The notes beneath the pieces were generated by a model, which did not search any database, was not told the DNA's origin, and saw nothing but the letters and a program-made list of their open reading frames with translations. Positions 25,888-36,439 of a stretch of DNA of 64,000 nt are shown here, in pieces (positions within the stretch are counted from its first letter, which is position 1; each line of letters starts with the position of its first letter). The translations under genes and the position numbers were made by a program. This stretch comes from Hyphochytrium catenoides (Eukaryota; Protista; Hyphochytriomycota): positions 124,001 to 188,000 of the forward strand of contig FLMG01000540.1 in assembly GCA_900088475.1 (NCBI GenBank), in the 5' to 3' direction.

Positions 25888-26523
25888 CGCGGGTGCAGTG
25901 ACGATAGCGTTATTATGTTCCCATCCTCATCCAACCTATCTCCAATTGAGGCTTTGCATTGACCGAACGAATGATAAATGTACCTCCATAGTGTCTCATC
26001 TTGAAGCTCACCCCAGTTATCTTCCTATTATCTAGAGAGTCTGCCATGGGAGGGAACTGGTCCGACATGTAGTACGTAATATACGAACCTTCCCCGCCGT
26101 TATACTCACCTGATTTTTCCGATTGCACGACCGAGTAGCAGCGCAGCGGAATAGTAGACTTGATGATAGACCGCCAGTACGAGCTCACTGGAGGATAAAG
26201 AACTGAAGTGAAGAGCACTGGAAAGTGCAGATGATGAGACTCCACATGATAAGACTTCCTAGTTGTAAAGTATTTATTTCTTCCGGGTAGAAGAAAGTCT
26301 TCCTCTTGTGGAGGAGGAGGGAGAAAGCGGTCGCCTTTATGTGTTTTTTCAGACTAGAAGACCACAATAACGCTTCCTTCCAGTCATCTTTGCAATTTCT
26401 GAATGAAGACTATGACTTTCATTTTCATAGTCGTCAAGACTCAATGATAGGTCAAGCATAGAACTATCAGGGCCTTCCCCCGTTCTACCCGCAAGTCCCC
26501 AAGTAATAAGAGCCAGCAGAGGT

Positions 26524-26527
26524 AAAA
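26524..26527 (-). terminator. RNA polymerase III terminator (T4) of tRNA-Thr
   Basis: TTTT a few nt downstream of the tRNA 3' end on the minus strand. Confidence 0.6.
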
Positions 26528-26531
26528 TATT

Positions 26532-26604
26532 TGCTCCTGCTGGGGATTGAACCCAGGACCTTTCGCTTACTAAGCGAATGCTACTACCACTGAGCTACAA
26601 GAGC
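26532..26604 (-). tRNA. tRNA-Thr(AGT)
   Basis: GCTCTTGTAGCTCAGTGGTAGTAGCATTCGCTTAGTAAGCGAAAGGTCCTGGGTTCAATCCCCAGCAGGAGCA. Acceptor stem, anticodon stem TTCGC/GCGAA with AGT, and T-loop GTTCAAT are present. No encoded CCA, no intron. Confidence 0.95.
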
Positions 26605-27030
26605 TGTTGTTGATGTTAGCAGGCACAGCCAAAAAACATAAAGCCTGCGTTTGCATATGCTCACGGTGGGCTGTTGAGGAAATGCAGATTCACAGTTGCC
26701 GACACATGAAGATCCAGATTGACCAGAATGATTGCTGACCTTTGCAGCTTGCAGCCGCGGTTCATTGGCACGCGAGCCATACCCTATCCATGTGCCTCCC
26801 GATTCCGTGGAGACCCCTCACTAATTGGCAGCGTTCAAGCGTAAGCGCAAGCATGCAAGCCCATGATATTCAGTAAATGCTATGATGAGGGGCATGCGCA
26901 ATACTGACTTCATACAGAGGTGCCGGCACCGATACGTCATCTGCCTGCCGCTGGTTATAATGGAGGAGTTGAGTCTCTGATGAGGTTCAGAGAGTAGACA
27001 GGTAGCAGGACTTGAGCTTCGAACTGGGCG

Positions 27031-29471
27031 ATGGAGGAAGGTGGCCTCCATGAGTTTCATAATGTAGATATAAGTGCGATTATAGAAAATGAACACCAGG
27101 CCCGAGGAATAAGGGCATTCCAAGGTTAGAAGCCAGAGAAAGTACATGCCAAAGGCGTCGTAGCTCATAAAACTGTTGTCCCTTCCTCATGCATGGCCGT
27201 GACCTCAACTCCATCCTGCTAAGGAGAGTTGCTGAAACTATACCTGTTGGTGTATCGACCTCCCTCTACTCCTCCATCTCTGGGTGCAGCCACGGAAGAA
27301 TTGACTGTGTTTCATGAGCAAGAGGCCGCCCGAGCGGCCGAATTTAAGGCTAGATGGACCGGCCATTGCTCTCATTTGCAGGTGGCAGAGCCCTTATCAA
27401 GCATTAAATATGTGCTTTCCCTTTCTGTCATAAGCTAACAACCCCGTTTTCTAGGTGGATGTCCAACTCTTGAAAGAGGATGAGAAGACCGTTGGGGTTA
27501 AAGACAAAGACAGCTATCCTCGGCCAAGCGAGTTACGGTCAGCACTATTCCGCCGCCGCACCGGATCCTTATCAGTGGCAGAGAATGCCCCTGTTCAACG
27601 CTTGCAGACTGAGGGCCGCTCGACCCCGTCTTCCAAAAGCTCTGTGGCCAATCAGGGCGAAACTTCAGCGCCATCTGTAGTGTCGGATTTTAATGAGGTA
27701 AGGAATTGCTAAGCCTAGGTTCTCTTGATAGCTTTTGAACTGCCTCCTCAGAACTCTCTTACTTCAAGCGATATTCACGCTCATATGTAGGAAGGCGTAA
27801 AGCAGCCCGATGTTGTCTTTTTGGTGGAAGTGCCAGTCTCAGTGAAGCCTGAGTTCCTTGGCATGGAACTCATCCTTGAAGTCTCTATTACAGCGTCAGT
27901 TCTTGCTTTGTCTGGGATCAGAGTCTTCAGTGATGTTCTATCGAAAGGCTTTAGTGGTGGAAAGGATGAAGGCCACGAAAGGGCTCTGAGCCGGCTATAT
28001 AACCTCAGTCGGAACACCACTGCTACAGTGGCGCCGAGGAAGCTAAGAAAGACAATTGTCGTTGTGCAGCCTGTCAGCATTCGCGCACATCACACATACC
28101 TTTCAGGCACCACGTGCGTCTGCATCCAGGTAATGGAAATGAAGGGTCGTGGTGCGTCAGAGCCTGCCATAATATAAAGCTTATCTCACCGCTTGGTTAA
28201 CAACTCACTGTGGGAGGCCAAGGGATTCAACTTATGGACCACACCCTGACACCCTTTCTTTTATAGGTTGAGAACGTCCAAACAGGCCTCCCATTGCAAC
28301 TTCACGACATTCAATTCCATCTGAATAGCACGAGGCGAAACAGCATCCGAACTCGATTGGTCTCCTCTGAACCATCGATGCCCCTCACTCCTACTTCCCC
28401 AAGCACTGCGATACGAGAGGAAGCCGAAAGAATTGCGGATTTGGACTTGGATATCGGTTCTCTCTTCAAGGCGTACATAAAGCAGGAGAACTTTCCAATA
28501 GAGCTCTTACCTGGTAAGTATTGGGTGTCATCCCAGCCGTTATCTTTAGGAAGGCTTCGGACAAGCTGACTTGCTGCCGCCAAGGCTAGTCGCTGACTGA
28601 ACTTGGCCGCAGGAGAACAACACAACTTCATCTTGTGCATTGAAGAACAGAGCTATACTGGGCAGAATTTGGTTGCTCCGGACTCTGACCGGCCAGCGAG
28701 GAGGATCACCCCAGTTGGGAGCTTCCGTTCCCTGTTGACTGTGACCTGGAAGAATGAATGCATGGCAAGCTATGTCATCGCTCAGAACACCCTTAAGTGG
28801 TCTCGTCCGGGTCCTGCCGTAGGAGGTATTTCCCTAAGCTTGAGCGGTAGGATAAAGCATTGCTTTTTGTTCCGTTGCGGAAGTGCTTGACACTAGCTTC
28901 CTGGATTTGACCCCTCACTTTTCCGTCCATGCTAACGCCCTCTCTTTGTCCAGGAGAGTCACCAGTGGTAGCAAAGAAGGTGTTCTCTGTGTCGGTAAAT
29001 GTGGTAAACAGATCCCCGGAACCAAGAGACCTCACTCTGCTCGTGGCATCGCATACCGAAGTGCGATCTGCTGTCTCTGACAACCTTCTCAAGTCGTATC
29101 AGGAAAGGGATGCGAGGAGGATAGCAGTAGAGCCCATGAGTCCTACTTCAATAGGTGTCGAAGCCTCACTCTACTTGGGGTAAGCGCGGGTCTTCTCACT
29201 GTCCTCATAGGGGAGAAAGTGCTTGCTATCCACTCACACGCCTTTAGACGGTCATCTCATTAGCTTTTCGCACGTACCTTTCTACGGTTCTATCCTTTGC
29301 CTCTTCTCTTGCTATCTCAGGCAAGTCGACGGCTACAACGCATGCTCAGCAAGCCTTCATTTCCTCCCCTTAAGGGAAGGGAAGCTTGAGATTGTGAATA
29401 TTTATGTGTATGATAGTGTCGAGCAGACCTATTTCTGGCTAGATCAGCCATACGAGGTATATGCCATCTGA
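27031..29471 (+). CDS. TRAPP-associated Ig-like protein (Trs65/TRAPPC13/TRAPPC14-like), spliced
   Basis: Beta-rich exons: AFQG|ELLKLYLLV, CVCIQ|VENV, LAAGEQHNFILCI, LTVTWK, VAKKVFSVSVNVVNRS...DLTL, LYLG|QVDG...SLHFLPLREGKLEIVNIYVYD. The last resembles the Trs65/TRAPPC13 C-terminal domain. Start codon inferred. Confidence 0.6.
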
Positions 29472-29577
29472 TGCACAGAGAGTAAGAGAAATCTAGCTTT
29501 GTAGATCCTTACACAAGGATCAATAGGACAGAAGTGCAACAGAAGTAGAGAAACCAATAGAGCTACTGATGGCAATG

Positions 29578-30830
29578 CTATTTAGTTGCTCCTAGGAGTA
29601 AAAGAAGAATGAGGATGATCGTCAGAATGACGATTGTGAGCTTCAGCTTGAATGTATTGGCTGTTTGGCTGGCTTGCCGTGTCCTCTCTGCCTCTGCCCT
29701 GAGGCCTGCGGAAGCTTCATCCACATCTCTATCCATCTCATCGAGAAGCCTCTGAAAGAGCGCAAGCAATGTCAGGCGTTCTCCGAAATCCGCCGCACTC
29801 TTCCGGTGCTTCCTTCTCACTCGCTCTACTCAGAACTATACCCGGTGTTTCCTCTCATTCGTCGATTCAATGTTTGAAGTACAGTGAATTCTCATCTCCC
29901 TTTACCGTATACGTACCACGTGCAGGTTGGCTTCGTCATGGATCGACATGCCGTACTGCTTAAGGTTCCCTACCCCTCGCTCAATCTCAACCAGCTCTTC
30001 ATCTTGGGCTGCCGTCAAACAATGATGGAATGCGAGGTTAGAGATGCAAGAGATTTTAGCTAGATGAGCACAGCGTCAAGAAGATTGTCAGGCAAAATAT
30101 TCACCTTGAAGTACGCTCTTCTGCATAGCAAGCACGTCCTCACTGGAGTAGCCAGTAACGTCTGATGGTAAGTTGCTGATTGAGGATGCGCGACTTGAGT
30201 TAGTTGCTGAGATAGTTTCAGAAGCCTACATCCAAAGATTCTTCGTTACCTTCCCTTATATCTTCCCTGCTTGTTTGTCATCTGGAGGACGAAGTTCTGG
30301 AAGAAAGTGGATTGGGGCGGCGTCAAGGTACAGTCTTAGGATCCGGCAAAGGACATAATGTTTTACCATTTCACCCTTGAGGGTGTTAAGCGCAGCCCGG
30401 CGTTGGTTCAGCTCTTTGGGTTTGCTAAGTAGAAAGGGAAGACGGAAGCTTGTTAAGGTCAGGACTCACGAAAGAGGCCGCAGGGACTTACAGTCCGTAA
30501 CGCTTCGCATTCCCTTCCATTCTGCCCAAGTTAAGCTCTAACTGCTCGACGGAGCCTTGCAATCGCTCACACTTCTTCTTGGCATCTCCCTAACGAGACC
30601 GAGGGTTTGCGCTCAATAAGTTATCGAGTCATTGTGATACTTATCGTAGCGGCTCCTTACCGCCTTCCCATGTTGCAGGCTGGCCCGTAGCTCCTGGTTG
30701 GTGCGGTTAGTAGAGATTTTTCTTCTCAAGGGTGGCGGTACTTGTCCTTAGCCAAAACGGATCCTACCTTTGTCAGCAGCTTAGTCCTCTCGAAGTCCTC
30801 GACCCATTCCTGCGGACTGGACTCCGCCAT
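29578..30830 (-). CDS. Qc-SNARE (syntaxin-8/SYP5-like), tail-anchored, spliced
   Basis: N-terminal helical bundle MAESSPQEWVEDFERTK...KELNQRRAALNTL, SNARE motif QDEELVEIERGVGNLKQYGMSIHDEANLH|RLLDEMDRDVD, and C-terminal TM LTIVILTIILILLLLLG. Confidence 0.85.
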
Positions 30831-31526
30831 CCTTTAGGCACTTTATATGTGTGGCTGTCGTCAATGGGGCATAAGGTTCCAGTACTGCAGGCGCCGCGGA
30901 AGATCCTTTAATGACAATTCTGACAAACGACAATATACGATCGAAGATGCCCTCTTATACCGGGTATATAGCGAGGCGCCCAAGGCAAAGGGAGAAACGT
31001 AGGCGGGCCCGAAGCCTTTGACCTACGAGAGTGAATGTGTATCTTAACGGGTCCTGCTTGCTGCAGCACAAGCTATGGGAGAGACTTGAGATTAGAGAGC
31101 ATTGAAGACTGAAGACCGATGATCCGCTTCGTTCTTGCTTGTTCCTCAGTCGCTTGTTCCTTCTTCATGTCTTCCCTCACCTGTAGGAGAGATTCACTTG
31201 ACCCTTCTAACGCTTTCTGAAACCCAGATCATCGCCAAACCTTGGGCTTGTTACATATAATTGAACTGAGATACCCGGCTCAGTTCATATAAATGCCTCG
31301 ACAAGAATAACCGGGTTAGTCATGGTGGCATTCTGAAGCTTGAAGCTTCTTCAAGTGCAGCAACTCCAAAAGTATTGCGTCTCATCAGAGTTTCTGATGA
31401 GGCTGGCCTCCGGTCCTCAGGTAGAGACTGAGCAACGGAGCGATTGAGCTCTCCAATGCCATAGCAACGGTAACGAGGGCCTTGTGCTTTTGCTTTGAAC
31501 CTGCCTGGTGTCTTCTGCTGCGGGGG

Positions 31527-33048
31527 ATGGAGTCCAAGAAAGGGTTTGCGAGGGCCAATGCAGACGAAGTGTCTACTCAAACCTTCTTTCTCCTTCTGGT
31601 ACGTCTACCGCTTATAGTTAGATCAATCTGATGGCGGCGCCCTCACCACTAAATGTTAGGGCATTGGCCAACTCTTTCCATGGAATGCTTTTGTCACAGC
31701 GCATGGGTTCTTTTCTATGCGGCTTAAGGACACGTCGTACCAGGATACTTTTGAAAGTTGGTTTGGCATTTCTTTTAACCTCACGGGAGTCCTGGGGCTG
31801 GTCTACATCTTGTTGTCAACTTCAAATGTGAGCTCAGCGCCTAAGCGCATTGTCTTCCCTTTTGGCTGTATGATGGTGTCCTTTGCCATCATTACTGGCC
31901 TTGTACATCTGCAAAGTCTGAAAGGAGATCGCTTCTTCCTCGTCATACTGGGCCTCACCTTCATTAGTGGCATTTGCACCTCAATATTAGGAAGCGCCTT
32001 ATTTGCTTACTCGAGCCGCTTCCCCCCGCAAAACACTGGAGCTGTGATTGCAGGGCAAGCGCTAGCGGGACTGATAGTATCAGCAGCCAACGTTCTGACA
32101 GTGGTTCTCGAGCCCAGCGAGCAGCAAGTGGTAGACTCTAATACCAGTGAGAGGAGGGAAGAGGGCGACGCCCTTCTGAGATCTGCATCCATATACTTCT
32201 CTATTGCGACAGTGGTGCTCTTCACCTGTATTGTTAGCTTCCTCTACCTTCACAAGCACACATCTTCAGCAACTTCATATCAAGCAGTCTCGGCTAGCGC
32301 AGCACTGCACCTTCTGGAGGAGGAGGAGAATGAAGCACTACGAAAGGAGCTTGCTCTTCTTCAAGAACCAGAGGAGAGTCTCTTGGAGCACAGGCAGAGT
32401 AGTTGCGAGGAAATTTATCAAAACAGTTCTCAGCAGGCTGGCATTTGGGAGCTACTCTGCAAGATGCGCTGGTCTGCGCTCTCTCTCTTCATGACGTTTT
32501 TCGTTACTCTCTGCATCTTCCCTTCTGTGACTTCTGCCATTAGACCGACCTGTCGACTCAAATCGACTCATTTGTCCAGTGTCGCTAGCAGACTATGCTC
32601 CGACCTCTTTACTCCCATAACCTTTGTCCTCTTCAACCTTGGAGACTATCTAGGGAGGGTGACTGGCAGCTGGAAGCAAGTCCTAAGTTTACGTGGCATT
32701 TTTCTTGGATCTCTCCTACGGTTCTCCTTCCTAATCGTCTTCTTATTCTGCAACTATAAGCGGCCTCCTCCGACTACGGAGCTGTTGGACTATAGTTTTG
32801 GAAGCAGCCATGGCTCCAACCGCCTTGCCTCACTCTCGCGTGATTCCTACGCCATGCTCTCCATCCTCTTCCTGGGATTTACAGGAGGCTACCTAGCCAA
32901 TTTAGTCTTCATAGACGCATCCACACGCTCGAAGCCTCAGGATCATGACCGTACGGGATCGATTTTGGTTTTGGCCCTGAATGTAGGACTTTTTTTTGGT
33001 TCTATGGCCTCACTTGGCCTAAAGAGCCTACTATATAGCTCGGCGTAG
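31527..33048 (+). CDS. Equilibrative nucleoside transporter (SLC29/ENT family), one intron near the 5' end
   Basis: Exon 1 MESKKG...TFFLLL joins across an intron (~31599-31659) to GIGQLFPWNAFVTA. Other motifs: GQALAG, FFVTLCIFPSV, LFNLGDYLGR, LGFTGGYLA. About 11 TM segments. Confidence 0.93.
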
Positions 33049-33420
33049 CTAAGGCACCAACGAGCCACAAGAGGTATATTGACTTGTGTTGACTTAGGGG
33101 GAGCGCGAATGCCCGCCCCTGTCTGCTTCTTGTGCTAACTCCACTTTACGATAACGGCGGCAGATGAAGTGGCGGAAGGGAGGGAAAGAAGGGTGATTGA
33201 TCCTTTAAGCCTAACCACGAGTCATGACGTTATGTTGTGCCCCAGGGGCTACAGTTGGCATTCTATATACTTGGGACAGACATAAGTCTTTGCTTCTCTT
33301 TGACGGCGTAGGAGCACCTCCGATAAAACTACTTACACCTCTGGCGAGTACTTTAGCAACTGCATCTTCCCAGCAAGGAGAATGTTACGCAGCTAGCTTG
33401 ATTGGAGTACGTTCCTCGCT

Positions 33421-33566
33421 TCAGCTCCGTCGTTGATCCTTGGCCACAGCTAGCGTCATTGTGGAAAAAGCTCCATACATATTTTGACCTTGCTCAGCTC
33501 CTTCGTTGATCCTTGGCCACAGCTAGCGTAATTGTGCAGAAGGCTCCATACATACTTTGACCTTGC
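33421..33566. repeat. Two-copy tandem duplication, 73-bp unit
   Basis: 33421-33493 versus 33494-33566; six substitutions counted by eye. Confidence 0.9.
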
Positions 33567-33971
33567 CCGACAGGACTTGAGCATCAGAGGTTAGATGTTA
33601 GATGAAGAAGCTCTGTAATAATCTGTTGAAGTTCACGTGGAGATAGGATCTTTCTGAAGATTTGGGTTCTCAATAGAGTTGAAAGTTGCACACAGGACCA
33701 TATCGTTTGAATCTTTCAAAATTCCTGTAGTCGCATTTTAAAGCGCAAACCCAAGCTTTTGAAACCAATGTAAGCTATCGATGAAATGTTTCCATCATGG
33801 CGGTTCTTACTTTTTTGGGGTACAAGCACTTGTACAGTAGGAATTCTTACCAAACCAAGCTGAGAGCCTCTAGATCCGAAAGCTCCAACAAGCTCAGAGT
33901 CCTTTTCTGCTGAGTGAAGGAGAGAACGTGAAAGGCTGGAGGCCTTCAAGCGCTTCGGGAGGTAGTCATTC

Positions 33972-34805
33972 ATGCTTATAATGATGAGAGCTGTCCTTCA
34001 AAGAAGTCTTTGTTGCCTTACACCGTCAGCAGCTCCAAAGAGGACACCTCACGCGAGTCAAGTAGTGTTCCTTACCTGGCGAGACACTGCCATTCGTCAG
34101 CGTCGACAAGGACGATGGATAACCTATGAGGGCTGTGGCCACCACTCGGCAAGGCAGAATCGTTTGAGGATTACATCCATCAGCCTTCTTTCGTGTACTC
34201 AAGCCAAAGGAACTGGAAATATCTTCAAGACCAACTATCAACATAACCATCAATGCCGTGCGATATCTTCTTCGCCGGAGAGAAAAGGCAAGGAGCTTCT
34301 CTCACTGATAAAGCACAGCGATGATGCATCAGTCATAGCTGCTGAATCCTTACTTGCCGCTGGCGATATTGTTTTGGCAACTGTCGACCAGTTCGGTTCC
34401 ACGGCCCTCATCCTTGCCGCTGGAAAGGGAGAGCTAGATCTTTGTCACAAGCTTTTGGAGTTGATGAGATCGAAAGCTGGTGATGGTCTGGACATTAATG
34501 CCCAGAACTATTTTGGTTCAACCGCCTTACACTGCGCGTCTGCCAACGGCCATGTGGAAGTCGTAAGGCTCCTTCTTTCGCATAAAGCAGATGTCCATAC
34601 AGCATCGAGATGTGGGTCAACAGCTCTTACGAAAGCTGCTGCTTACGGTCGGATAGGAGTGTGTCGGGTCCTTCTAGAGCATCAAGCTGATGTTAATCGA
34701 CAGAATAAGTTAGGGAAGTCAGCGCTCGATCTGGCAGCTGATGATCCGCAGCTATTAGAGCTGCTACGGGAGCACCTTAATAAGGAGGGAAGAGGGGCTC
34801 TTTGA
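33972..34805 (+). CDS. Ankyrin-repeat protein (~4 repeats) with a long basic N-terminal extension, intronless
   Basis: Repeats FGSTALILAAGKG, FGSTALHCASANGHVEVVRLLL, CGSTALTKAAAYG and LGKSALDLA. The Arg-rich N-terminus could be an organelle targeting peptide. Confidence 0.85.
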   Translation: MLIMMRAVLQRSLCCLTPSAAPKRTPHASQVVFLTWRDTAIRQRRQGRWITYEGCGHHSARQNRLRITSISLLSCTQAKGTGNIFKTNYQHNHQCRAISSSPERKGKELLSLIKHSDDASVIAAESLLAAGDIVLATVDQFGSTALILAAGKGELDLCHKLLELMRSKAGDGLDINAQNYFGSTALHCASANGHVEVVRLLLSHKADVHTASRCGSTALTKAAAYGRIGVCRVLLEHQADVNRQNKLGKSALDLAADDPQLLELLREHLNKEGRGAL

Positions 34806-34999
34806 CTTATTTAGTCATATAGTGATAAATGCTCTGTTTAGAATTTTGACTACTTTGTTTGCTTGAGAGTCAGAGCGATGGAGTCATGCATCATACAGGC
34901 ACAAACAGATACAAAGGATCTAGAGTACACGCAAGTAACGTTAAGCTATCGATTCATAGCTCCAGGAGTACGTTTAGGGATAAAGTCCACAATAGAGAA

Positions 35000-36121
35000 T
35001 CACTTGGGACGACCAGTGGTAGTTAATCTTCTCTGAAGGGCAGCTGGGCTCAGTCCGTCGCTGTTCCTTTGTGCTGCGCTGCTTACGCTTGGATTCTCCC
35101 TCACGGGTCTGTCACTCTTCCACAGAAGGATCTTGCAAGGGGCAGGAAGATCGAACTTGTCCTCTAGAGCTTTATACAATAAAGCACATTCCGATGCTGA
35201 GATGGTGTTCAAAGGCGCTGAATAAGGATGGGCACTTGGGGTAAGTAAAGTTGATCAATCGAGACAGCCAATGTCATAACAACAATCTAACCTCCTCCAA
35301 ACTCTCCGTCATTGATCCTCTGCGTGGTAGTCCGCTTAATGGTGGACATCCTACAACGGCAGGGGCTCTCAGTCTCTGTGAGTGCCGACAGTTCGTTACA
35401 GGCTGGCAAGGGCGCAGGGTAGAGACGATCTGCGATGTCGCGTAAGCTTGGATCTGGAAACTTGAGAAGTGCTGGGTCAGCCGCTGAAGATCTGAATGCG
35501 CGCGCTGTCCCCGCAGCCGCTCGACAGTGCAAGAAACAGAACTTTATGGCTAGAGTGACCTCTATACGAGGACCGGTGTGCCGCTCCAGTGTCTGTATGC
35601 AGGTAGCAACAAAGTAAAGTGTCCCTTCCAGGGGTCACTTGGATCTTCAACTTAGCCCTGTGAAGCGGAGTAGTAATATCAGTAAACTATTGCACGTGTT
35701 ACCCTAATAACACCTTGATTGCTCAGAACCGGCGTGGTAATAAATCTTCCCAGCTTGTATGAGATCTTTCTGATCACAGCAGCAGGTATCAAATCTTCCA
35801 GTCAACACTATTCAAGAGCTTTCCTGGAGCCTCCGCCGCAGCGTCTGCCACGAGCTTCATGTCAAAGTGCATTCTTCCCTAATTGAGGCTCCTTCCAACT
35901 TCAGATGCAGATGATTTCTCTACCGAGCACGGCTTACTAACATGTTCTCCATTCCATTGACTGGCCCATTCTGCATTTTTACGGAGCCGGCATGGTGTTC
36001 TGGTGAGCTATTTTCTTCATTTGCTCTTTTGCTCTCTGATATTTATGGCGCTAGAGTGGCTCTACCGTCTCGTCTGCGTTCGACCTGTTCTACCCTTGCT
36101 TCTGGGTGAGCTCCACTTCAT
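35000..36121 (-). CDS. Hypothetical spliced protein (structure unresolved)
   Basis: Protein-like minus-strand segments (DPALLKFPDPSLRDIADRLYP; ISASECALLYKALEDKFDLPAPCKILLWK) are separated by intron-like sequence. No family recognised, 5' end guessed. Confidence 0.3.
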
Positions 36122-36439
36122 GCAAAGTGCCTCAGTGGCAGATTACCAAGAAAAGCGGCAAGCATCATAAGGCTACCCTATCTGTTCATTGTTCGTAGGG
36201 GTTTGGAGGGATTAATTGTGAGTCTATGACACTGTCTCTTGTTTGCGTCAGCGTGATATCTTTAAGCAATCAGTTATTAAGGAGCTAATGACTAGAGGAC
36301 TTTAGCCCTGGAGAAGGCTAGCATCTCAGACAAGAAGTGTGTTGGCTACCGCGACAACAGGATGCTTCAAGTGGCTTTATTCGACAAGTGCCCCGTTGGA
36401 AGCATCGCAACTCCCTATTCTCCTCAACCGTGTACACCA

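Noticed and set aside
15900-26500. Autonomous transposon or endogenous virus
   Set aside because: No RT, integrase, DDE, Rep/helicase, polB or capsid motifs, and no LTR or TIR pair was seen.
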